Source: an uncultured bacterium (GTDB lineage Bacteria; Patescibacteriota; Minisyncoccia; UBA6257; 2-01-FULL-56-20). Taken from it: a stretch of 64,000 nt of DNA. The stretch spans positions 302,363 to 366,362 of the forward strand of contig OY970354.1 of assembly GCA_963718515.1 (NCBI GenBank), in the 5' to 3' direction. The notes under the pieces are model-generated. The model did no database searches, was not told the DNA's origin, and saw nothing but the letters and a program-made list of their open reading frames with translations. Shown here in pieces: positions 53,485-62,634 of the stretch; position 1 is the stretch's first letter; every line of letters begins with the position of its first letter. A program made the position numbers and the translations under genes.

Positions 53485-55065
53485 ATGCGCTACTTCCTCT
53501 ATGCCCGCAAAAGCACCGACGTTGAAGACAAGCAAGTTTTGAGCATCGAAGCCCAACTTGTAGAACTCCGCGAACTCGCCAGAGACGAGCATATTGAGAT
53601 AGCCGAAGAACTCGTCGAGAAAAAATCCGCCAAGATGCCTGGCCGCCCCGTCTTCAACGAAATGCTACGTCGAATAGCTAAAGGCGAGGCTAAAGGCATC
53701 ATCTGTTGGAAACTAGATCGTCTAGCCCGCAATCCCGTGGACGGCGGCCAGGTCAGCTGGATGCTCCAGCAGGGAATGATTGAGCATATCCTCATGCCAG
53801 ATAAGAGCTACCGCCCGACCGATAACGTTCTTATGATGTCCGTCGAATTCGGCATGGCCAACCAGTTTATTCGCGATCTCAGTTCTAATACGAGTAGAGG
53901 ACTGCGACAAAAAGCGCGACACGGGGATTTTCCTGGCACTGCTCCCGTCGGGTATCTGAATGATGTCCGAGCTAAAACGATTGTCGTTGATCGCCGCAAG
54001 TCTAAAGCTATTAAAGCCGCCTTTGAATTGTATGCGCTAGGCAAATCCCGTCTTGAAGACATATCAAAATTTCTTTTCGAGCAGGGCGTCAAAAGCACGA
54101 ACGGCAACCCGCTCCATAAGGACAGGGTTCGCTTCATTCTAGCCAATCCGTTTTATTACGGCGTATTCATGTATAAGGGCGAAACCTACAAAGGCCGCCA
54201 TACTCCGCTTATCGAGAAGCGTCTTTGGGACAAGGTTCAGCAGGTGCTCGTTGATCGCGGCCATCCGCAGAAAACGACGAGTGATCCGAAACCGTTTTGC
54301 GGTTTGCTTCATTGCGGCGAGTGCGGCCGCATGATCACCGCCGAGGTTCAGAAAGGACACACCTATTATCGTTGTACCAAGAAAGGAACGGCTTGTTCCC
54401 AGCCATACGTCCGCGAGGAGGTTTTGACTGCCGATCTATCCAATATACTTTCAGAGTTCGCCATGCCCGAAGCTATCGCATCAGAGCTTACGAAAAAGAA
54501 CGAAGAAGACGAGGCTGTATCCACTCAAAAAGCGTCGGCGTTCGCTCAAGAGTTGCGTACAAAGGTTCAGGACTTTTCCCGCAACCTCGACCGACTTACC
54601 GATCTCTATGTAGCTCAGGATATTGACCGAGAGGACTACCTTTCCCGCCGTCGCAAGCTCCTTTCGGAAAAGCGGTCAGTCGAGGAGCAGATAGCCCGTC
54701 TTGAGCGAAACGCCTCCGTATGGCTCGAACCAATGCGAGAATGGATAAAAGACGCGTCATTGCTTACCTTAGTGGCAACCAATGACGACTTAAATGCCAA
54801 AAAGGCCTCCCTACAAAAAATCTTCGGCTCGAACATACTTCTTAAAAACCGTCGTATTGAATTTACCCCCACCCCACCATATGCTTCGCTCCGCGAAGCG
54901 CGCGTGAATTTTTCTGAAACCAACCTAAGTTTTATAGCTGCTCCGCGACCAGGACTCGAACCTGGAACCATCGCCTTAACAGGGCGCCGCTCTACCATTG
55001 AGCTATCGCGGAATACGAATAGTATTCTAACAGACGGGGAAATATTTTCAATAGCCGCTTTTTAA
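53485..55065 (+). CDS. large serine recombinase (resolvase/invertase N-domain + recombinase domain + zinc ribbon + coiled coil); the ORF runs through IR2-R and antisense across tRNA-Asn
   Basis: YARKSTDVEDKQVLSIEAQ (catalytic Ser context), ICWKLDRLARN, CGLLHCGECGRMITAEVQKGHTYYRCTKK (zinc ribbon). The last ~70 codons are encoded by IR2-R and the antisense tRNA, so the true C-terminus is uncertain. Confidence 0.8.
   Translation: MRYFLYARKSTDVEDKQVLSIEAQLVELRELARDEHIEIAEELVEKKSAKMPGRPVFNEMLRRIAKGEAKGIICWKLDRLARNPVDGGQVSWMLQQGMIEHILMPDKSYRPTDNVLMMSVEFGMANQFIRDLSSNTSRGLRQKARHGDFPGTAPVGYLNDVRAKTIVVDRRKSKAIKAAFELYALGKSRLEDISKFLFEQGVKSTNGNPLHKDRVRFILANPFYYGVFMYKGETYKGRHTPLIEKRLWDKVQQVLVDRGHPQKTTSDPKPFCGLLHCGECGRMITAEVQKGHTYYRCTKKGTACSQPYVREEVLTADLSNILSEFAMPEAIASELTKKNEEDEAVSTQKASAFAQELRTKVQDFSRNLDRLTDLYVAQDIDREDYLSRRRKLLSEKRSVEEQIARLERNASVWLEPMREWIKDASLLTLVATNDDLNAKKASLQKIFGSNILLKNRRIEFTPTPPYASLREARVNFSETNLSFIAAPRPGLEPGTIALTGRRSTIELSRNTNSILTDGEIFSIAAF
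54841..54943 (-). repeat. IR2-R: tRNA-Asn 3' end (3 nt) plus 100-bp downstream flank, repeated in inverted orientation at 52037-52139
   Basis: See IR2-L. It contains the hairpin gcttcgc-tcc-gcgaagc. Confidence 0.85.
54941..55012 (-). tRNA. tRNA-Asn (GUU)
   Basis: The minus strand reads TCCGCGATAGCTCAATGGTAGAGCGGCGCCCTGTTAAGGCGATGGTTCCAGGTTCGAGTCCTGGTCGCGGAG. The acceptor stem is perfect, the anticodon loop is CTGTTAA, the discriminator is G73, and CCA is not encoded. Confidence 0.9.
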
Positions 55066-55697
55066 TCCGAGCGCGGAGGGAGTTCCACCATAAGATTTCC
55101 CGACGACGGGTCGGTCTGCACTTCAAAGATGACGTTCGAAGTACCGCCGGTCGTGAGGACGAACGGGAACGCGGTGGGATCTGCGATCGTGAACACCACC
55201 TGCTGGGCGGCGTAGGTCTGGCCCGGTGTCCCATAGCACGTGCCAGTGTCGGGGAAGGTGAATTGCGAGGTGATGGGTGCGGCCAGGTCGCCCTCTTCGT
55301 CCGTCACGAGGCGCATGTTCATGGGCACACACTCGGAGGCGGATCCCATCACCACTTGGACATCAAGCGTGAGCTGGGTCCCCATGAGCGAAGCGCCGGT
55401 GACCGACATCATCTCGTTGCCTTCCTGCCAACTGATCGGCGCCTCGCCGGCATCGGAGATAATGGACGACGTGGCAGTTGTGGATGCGAGGGATAGCGTG
55501 GACGATACCGTTGAACTTGCGAACGCGGTTGAGCTTGCCATATCTATCGTGCTTGTGGAAAAGACCTCGGCATCCGATCCGAGCGGGGAGTTCACTACAT
55601 ACGTTCCGCCACCGCCGTAGAACACCACAAAAAATGTGATGCCGCCCAGTACGACGGCGACACACACGAGTGTAATGAGAACATTCTTTAGATTCAT
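55062..55697 (-). CDS. membrane-anchored S/T-rich hypothetical protein (211 aa)
   Basis: N-terminal TM (VLITLVCVAVVLGGITFFVVF). No motif recognised. Confidence 0.55.
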   Translation of the reverse strand: MNLKNVLITLVCVAVVLGGITFFVVFYGGGGTYVVNSPLGSDAEVFSTSTIDMASSTAFASSTVSSTLSLASTTATSSIISDAGEAPISWQEGNEMMSVTGASLMGTQLTLDVQVVMGSASECVPMNMRLVTDEEGDLAAPITSQFTFPDTGTCYGTPGQTYAAQQVVFTIADPTAFPFVLTTGGTSNVIFEVQTDPSSGNLMVELPPRSD

Positions 55698-55757
55698 GAT
55701 GTCCTCTTATTATATCAAATACCGAACTATCATCTGCCAGGAGGCAGGGGAGTGTTT

Positions 55758-56751
55758 TTATTCCTTCTTCTTGGTGGTGGCGTGCCCGTCCACTTCGTAG
55801 CTCGTGTTCTGCGCTTCGAAGAAATTTACGAGTTCGAGCACATCCGTCGCGCCGCTCATCCACTTGGCCGGATTCTTTGCACCGTAGTGCGCGCCGATGC
55901 CGAGTTCTTCCAGGCGCCGGTCGGCGACATACTGCACATACTGGTTGACGTAGTCCGCGTTCAATCCGAGGATGCCGCGCGGGAAGAGATCTTTGTTATA
56001 GGCGGTTTCAAGATCAACGCCCTCTATAATGATGCTCTTGATCTCGTCGGCGAATTCTTTCGTGAGCAACTCTGCATTTTCCTCCAAAATATTCTGAATG
56101 AGGTTCATGCCGAACTTGAGGTGGAGCGATTCGTCGCGGATAACCCAGTTGATCATCGAGCCGAAGTTGCGGAGCTGGTTGCGCTGGCGGAACGAGAGCA
56201 CCACCATGAAGCCGCTGTAGAACCAGATGCCTTCCATCACGATGTTCGTGGCGACGAGGTTGCGGATAAAATCTTTTTTGCCGTCGGGCGTTTCGACGTC
56301 GAGCGTATCCTCCGTCATGCGGCGCATGTAGCTGGTTGATGTAGTCTTCCTTGGCCTTCATTGAGGGCGTGTCGAGGTGGAGATTGAACACGTTCGTGCG
56401 ATCGAGCGGGAATGTTTCCAAAACATATTCAAACGCGACGCAATGGTTGGCTTCCTCCCACATCTGTTTTGCCAGATAGAGATGGCACTCCGGGGATTTC
56501 AAATACGGATAGATGCCGAGCGCGATCGAGCGGTTAACGATCAGCTCGCCGGGATTGAAGAACGCCATCAAAAATTTTACCGCGTGGCGCTCGTCGTCCG
56601 TCATCTTTTCCCAATCGTACAGATCTTCCTTGAGCGCGATCTCGTGCGGGAACCATGTGTTGCGCACCGCCTGCTGGTAGAGGTCGTATGCCCACTGATA
56701 TTGAATTGGGTGGAGGTTCATATCCTCCGGGGATGCTTTGCCGATCAACAT
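55758..56751 (-). CDS. nrdB: ribonucleotide reductase small subunit (R2), with a class Ic-like Glu/Phe signature; one +1-type frameshift near 56333
   Basis: The ferritin-like ligands align with E. coli R2:
- FFNPGELIV, where Glu replaces D84
- WEEANHCVAF, an ExxH motif with Phe where Y122 sits
- MEGIWFYSGF, and RDESLH
...SMKAKEDYINQ is in one frame and YMRRMTEDTL... is in the +1 frame. Confidence 0.8.
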
Positions 56752-56834
56752 GGTTTTGTTGGTTTGTTAATTAAAGCTCTTTTACTCTTTCTTTTCAATA
56801 CTTGGGCGATTGGGGCTACGTAGCCCCAGAGTCC

Positions 56835-59586
56835 CTACTGACAACTATCGCAGATGAACTGCTCCGAAGGATCGCTTGGCGGCATGATGTGCGGAGTGGC
56901 GTTCGTGGGGGATGTGGTATGGACGTGGGATACATCCGCCTTGGCGGCCGCTGATTGCGCAGGTTTCGTAGCGGCCATCTCTTCTTTTAGGGCTGCAAAC
57001 GGACCGGCGCTCGCTTTTGCCGTTACTATCTCGATGGGTGTTTCGGCGATGGGAGCCTCTGCCGTCGTAGGTTGGAATCCGAATGATGCGACTGCGGGAG
57101 TGGCCATTACGGTTTCTGCGACGGGCTCGTTCACTGCTATGGCCTGCGCAACCGTTACTTGCGGTGCTTCTATTGCCGACTCTGTCACCGGCGTTTCCGC
57201 CGCGGCATCCATCACCGCCGCGAATCCGCGCTTGCCCATCTGCTCGGCTTTATTGACACGCACCGTCGATTGCTCTGCGGTGTGGCGCGGCTTCATATGG
57301 AGGTAGTATGTGGACTTCAATCCTTTTTTCCACGCCGTCGCGTAGATATCCATCATTTCGTTGATGTCGCGCGTGTCGAGATACATATTGCGCGAGAGCG
57401 ATTGGTCCATCCATTTTTGCGCACGCGCAGCAACTTCGATGAACGCGTACGGCGATGTGCTGAACGACGTCTTATAGATATCGCGCACGTGCTGGGGGAT
57501 CTCATCGATCGCGGAGATGTCGCCCTGGTCGGCCACAATTCGATCCTTCACCTTTTCCCAGATGCCCATGTTCTTGAGATCGTTCACCAAGTTGTGATTG
57601 AGGTCGAGATATTTTCCGGAGATCTTGTTGCGCGAGAATACTTGCGCGAAGCGGGGATCGATGCCGGGCGTCGTGCCGGCGACGAGGCCGATGTTCGCGT
57701 TCGGCGCGGTGGCCATCAAAGTGGCGTTGCGCATTCCTTTTTTAACTTTCTCGCGGAGCGCATCCCAGTTCAATCCGCGATAGCGGCTGTCTTTTGAAAC
57801 GGTGAGTTCTATGCCGCGGCTTGTCTCGAGCGTTTTGACCGTGTCGATCGGCACCATCCCTTTTGACCATCCCGAACCTTTGAAGTTATTGTAGCTTCCT
57901 CGCGCGGCGGCGAGGTTCGCGCTCTCGTCGATCGCGACGTAGCTCACGAACTCGAACACTTTATCCGCAAAGTTATGCGCGTGCTCGCTCTCGTAGGAAA
58001 GCCCGATCTGCTCGAGCATGTCCGAGAATCCCATCACGCCGAGTCCGATCGCGCGGTTCTCCTGATCCGAGTGCGTTGCCTCTGCGATCGGCAAAACGTT
58101 GATGTCGATCAGGTTATCGAGTTGGTGGATGGCGTAGCGGATGCTTTCTTCCAGGTTTTCCCAGTCGATCTGTTTGTTGTGCACGTGCGTCGCCAGGTTC
58201 AAAGATGCGAGGTTGCAGACGGCGATGTTCTCGCGGTCCTGCGGAAGACAGATCTCCGTGCACAGGTTGGACATATGGATCGTGCCGGTATTGTTGTTGA
58301 GCGCCCGGAGGTTCATCGGGTCTTTCCAGGTGAGCCACGGATGGCCGGTGGCCTGCAATGCGGTGAGCATTTGCCGGTATAATTCCTCGGCCGGCACCTT
58401 TTTAAACACCCGCAATTGGCCTTGTTCCGCCATTCTCTATATATTCTGCATAGCGGGCGCTGAACTCCTTGCCGTACAGCTCGATGAGTTCCGGGGTTTC
58501 CTTCGGGTCGAACATATACCACAAGTCGTGGTTCTCCACGCGGTTCATGAACTCGTCGGAGATGAATGCCGCGGTGTCGGCGGTGCGCATGCGCATATAG
58601 TCATCGCCCGCGTTATGCTTCCAGTCCAAAAATTCCGGGAAGTCGATGTGCCAGTTCTCCATGTAGAAACACAGCGCGCCTTTTTTCTTTCCGCCGCGCT
58701 GTACGGCGCGGATCGCGGTGTCGATGATTTTTGCGAACGGCGTGGGGCCCGATGACGGCGTGTTGTTGGATTTGAGGGGAGATCCCGTCGCGCGCAACTT
58801 TGTGACGTTCGCGCCGATGCCGCCCGATGCTTTCGAAAGCATCATCACGTCGCCGACGGACTTTGCGATGTGCTCCATGTCATCTTCGATCTGGAGCAAG
58901 AAACAATTCGAGAGTGAAGGGCGCGTCGTGCCCGCGCCGAGATTGGTGGAACCACCGGCGACGTACTTCATCTGCGACATCTTCTGATAGAAGCGCTTTG
59001 CCCAGAGTGTGGGATCCGTCTCATTGTACGCGAGTCCCATCGCGATGCGCATAAAAGAATATTGCGGCGTCTCCGCGGGATCGTTATTTTTATCTTTGAT
59101 CGCGTAGCGGTGGAGAAGCGTCGAAAGTCCGCTGTAGACGAAGAGTTCATCGCGGCGCATGTCGAGCGTGGCCGCGAGTTCCTTCAGATCGAACTTTTCC
59201 ATCATGCGCGGATCGAGGATTCCGTTCGCGATGCCCTTCTTTATCCATTCGGAAAATCCATCGCGGTGTTTTTTGCGTAAAATTTCCGCGTTGTCCTCGT
59301 AATCGCCGACCACTTTGCGGTAAATGGTTTTCAAAAGCAATCGCACGGCGACTTTATCGTACTCAATATCCTCTTTTATGTTCTGTACGGCGGCGTTGAT
59401 GGTCGCCTGGTCCATTTCTTCGGTTGTGATGCCATCATAGAGCGTTAAACGCGTCTCGGTTGCGATCTGCGTGACCATGCTGATGGGATCTTGCAGTCCC
59501 GCACACGCGCGTTCGATGGAACGGTTGATCTTATCCGCGTTAAACGGCTCTCGGGTACCGTCTCTTTTTGTAATTGTTAGCTCCAT
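56835..59586 (-). CDS. nrdA: ribonucleotide reductase large subunit (class I alpha, ATP-cone N-terminus); one +1-type frameshift near 58434
   Basis: The N-terminus has an ATP cone (ITKRDGTREPFNADKINRSIERA). The active-site region has NLCTEICLP...AVCNLASLNL. A ~130-aa A/T/P-rich tail ends ...EQFICDSCQ*. ...ARYAEYIE is in one frame and MAEQGQLRVFKKV... is in the +1 frame. Confidence 0.85.
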
Positions 59587-60257
59587 GATGGGTTAGTGAT
59601 TATTTTTTTCTCTTCAACACTGCGCTATGATGACATATAGGAATACGTTTTTCTAAATATTTCTTTTTTATTAAATGGTGGTCGATGAATGGCATGGTGG
59701 GGAGGTGGTTGAATGTTCGTTCCTGTAATGTAGAACCATTTTAGCACCAGGGTTCCCGCGCTCTCGGATTTCTGGGGATAACATCCGCCCGCGGCGTAGA
59801 CAGATTTTTTTAAAAGTGTCGCCATAGACCGCCCTCCGCCGCGGTCAATTTTTAAAGGCCGCCCGCCGAACGCGCGCGCCGCCGAAACCGATCTTTTTTT
59901 GGCCCGGTTTTTAAAAATCCCTTTAAAATCGAAAAAATTTTGGCGGGAATTTTTGGGGAACCCCGTGACCCGAGGTAAGGCGGACAAAAAGTTTACCATT
60001 TTTTTGGCACAAACATAATTTTTTAACAAAACGCCGCTACGGGCAGAATCTTGTTAAAAAACGGCAGTATTTAGAGGTCGGGCCATGATTGCTTCGATAC
60101 GCCGTCCGACCCCTCTATAATATAGATACCTTCCACCGGGTCGGGTTCTTTCACCTGCCGACTTTGGGGACTTGACGGATTTTTGGAGGGGACCCATAAC
60201 GGCTCTTCGACATCCTTTTAAGATATTCTTAATGCCCCGTGTGATACGGTTCTTTGC

Positions 60258-61983
60258 ATGAAGAATAAAAAATACATGGGCATGGGCGGCGCTATTGGTA
60301 TATTTATCATCATTGCCGGCGTGGCGTACTATTTTTATCCCGATGCGATAAAAAATATCTTCGGGATCGGTATTGCGGCGGATAATGTGGCGGAGATCGA
60401 TCCGGGAGGGCTTGCTCTGTCATCGGATACCGATGAAATGCCTTCGAATAACGACGTGGAGATGCAAAGCGCCGCTTCAAATAGAGATAATGGTTCGTCG
60501 AACGTGAGTGGCGTGGCAACAATTGAAGTGCAGGCTCCGTCATCGGATGTCGCAAGTGATGATGGGGATATTATTTCCGATGAAGCTCCAACGCCGATTG
60601 CAGAAAATAATCCCGCTTCGGCGACGGCTTCATTGCCATCGCTACCATCACCATCACCCTGCTCATTTCCCGGTGATGCGCCCTCGACCACGCGAGAAAT
60701 CATTTTCAATGAGATTGCGTGGATGGGATCGGCGTCGTCATCGAATGCAGAATGGATGGAAATAAAAAATATCACGACTGCTCCGATCGATCTCTCTGGA
60801 TGGGAATTATTCAACACATCGGAAAAGATAAAAATAATGTTTTCAAGCGACGATGCGATCCCGGCGGGAGGATTATTATTGCTCATGCGTGCGAGTGCGA
60901 GTAGCGCGAGCGGAACCGCACCGGCAGCGAATGAAAAAATATATTCCGGCGACCTTGTGAATGGCGGTGACATTCTTGCGCTCATGGATCCGCAATGCAA
61001 CGCATCGGATTATCTCGACGCGTTCAATGGATGGCCCGGCGGGAATAATACGACGAAGCAAACACTCGAGCGCGACGCCGATGGCGTCGGATGGCACACG
61101 AGCACATTGCCAGGCGGAACTCCTGGCGCGGAAAATTCTGCAGGCCCGCCACCCGCAGAGTACACGCTCACGATCGCATTCGAAGGCGATGCACCCGGTT
61201 TGATCACGAGCGATCCCGCCACGCTTGCATGCGCCGTGAGCTGTAAAGGAAGTTATGCGTCAGGAACGCAGATCATGCTCACGCCCATTCCCGGAAATAA
61301 TTCCGTGTTCGATGGGTGGTCGGGCTTGTGCTACGGAGAGATGACGTGCTCGTTTGCAATTGGGGAAAATATATCCATTATGGCGGATTTTCAGTCGGCA
61401 TTTCCGCCCCCTGCGGCCACTACTCCCACCGTCACAAGCACGGCGACCACCACGGATCTCAGTGCAGAGGATCCGCCGCGCTCGACCCTGGAAACCAGTT
61501 CCACACCGCCATCGGCGCCGGATCACGTCCTTATTTCCGCCGTGCAGATCGCGGGTGCGTCGTCTTCTAACGATTTTGCAAAGCTTTATAACCCAACCGG
61601 GGTGGCAGTCGACATGAGCGGGTGGAAACTGCACAAAAAGTCCGCGACAGGTACCGATTATTCGCTTAAGGAATTCCCGACGGGAAGCGTGATCAGCCGC
61701 TGGCCAGTCCTTCGTCTGGGCTAACTCCGCGGGCGGGTTTTCTGATGCGGTCGGCGCCACCGTGTCGAGCACTGAAACGCTTTCCGCCGATAATAGTGTC
61801 GCGTTGATGGATGGGAGCGGGAATATCATTGATGCGGTCGCGTGGGGATCGGGTATGGGACAATACGGCGAAGGTCCGCCGGAGCCGACCGATCCGGCCG
61901 CGGGCCAGATCCTCGTGCGAATTTCTTCGAACGGTGTGATGGTCGACACCGACAATAATGCCAACGATTTCATCGTGCAATGA
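60258..61983 (+). CDS. membrane-anchored protein with two lamin-tail-domain (LTD)-like regions; one +1-type frameshift near 61698
   Basis: LTD-like regions are EIIFNEIAWMGSASSSNAEWMEIKNIT...DLSGWEL and VLISAVQIAGASSSNDFAKLYNPT...DMSGWKL. After ...PTGSVIS the continuation AGQSFVWANSAGGF...NNANDFIVQ* is in the +1 frame. Confidence 0.7.
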
Positions 61984-62012
61984 TGGATACAAAAATAAGC
62001 AAATAATCATCC

Positions 62013-62633
62013 ATGGACAATCAAGAAATAAAAAGACGTTCGCGAGGGATATTTTTTCTCTGGCTCGTGATCGCGGCGGTATGTGCGGGAGGAGCATTTT
62101 TAGCCTCATCACACTTCGAAAAGCGCGCCGGTATCCCATCCGATTTCGCGGCGGATAGTGCTTCATCCACCGCGATTGCTTCACAAACATTTTCCGGCGA
62201 CGGATATGTATTTATCGTTCCTGCGACTTGGTACGTTGAGCAAACCGGAAAAAATTCCGTTGCGGTATATCCGGATTATTCGCCCACGGCATCTTCTTCC
62301 GACGCCGTGCCCGCCGCGATGTGCAAACTAGAGATGTCCGTCTTTCCCTACGCGTCAGACACGGACATGGCCGATTGGATATCGGCTCGGCTTGGGGCCG
62401 ATCCGAGCGTCGCAGTCGCAGAACGATCGGGCGAGAATATTTCCGTGACGGGTGGCGCTGGCGTGCGGTGGAACGGAACGATCGACGATGTTCCGACGAC
62501 GCTCGTTTATTTATTCAGCGCCGACCATGCGTTTGAGATCGCACCGTCGGTCGTAAATCAGACGACGGGCGATGGGAATTCCCAGTGCGAGAACGCACTT
62601 GAGACCTTCTTATCACAATTAACTCTCAATTGA
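62013..62633 (+). CDS. membrane-anchored hypothetical protein (206 aa)
   Basis: N-terminal TM (IFFLWLVIAAVCAGGAFLA). No motif recognised. Confidence 0.5.
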   Translation: MDNQEIKRRSRGIFFLWLVIAAVCAGGAFLASSHFEKRAGIPSDFAADSASSTAIASQTFSGDGYVFIVPATWYVEQTGKNSVAVYPDYSPTASSSDAVPAAMCKLEMSVFPYASDTDMADWISARLGADPSVAVAERSGENISVTGGAGVRWNGTIDDVPTTLVYLFSADHAFEIAPSVVNQTTGDGNSQCENALETFLSQLTLN

Positions 62634-62634
62634 C

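Larger units (their letters stand above)
48345..54943. mobile_element. accessory/defence island next to tRNA-Asn: two adjacent inverted-repeat-bounded cassettes plus a large serine recombinase
   Basis: By eye the GC content is lower than the surroundings. It is bounded by IR1-L (48345) and the tRNA-Asn 3' end (54941-54943). It carries a serine recombinase, a DUF262/DUF1524-like gene and a HEPN gene. Confidence 0.7.

Noticed and set aside
59640-59800. A cobalamin riboswitch in the nrdA leader.
   Set aside because: Only a partial GGGAA...GGTG..AAAA..GG resemblance is present. The B12 box (…GCCACTG…) and the CCCGC core were not found. This is insufficient without a covariance-model score.
59625-60029. 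A 134-aa minus-strand ORF in the nrdA upstream region.
   Set aside because: It is a composition-driven ORF in an A/T-run plus GC-block region. It has no motif, an odd amino-acid composition and no plausible start context.
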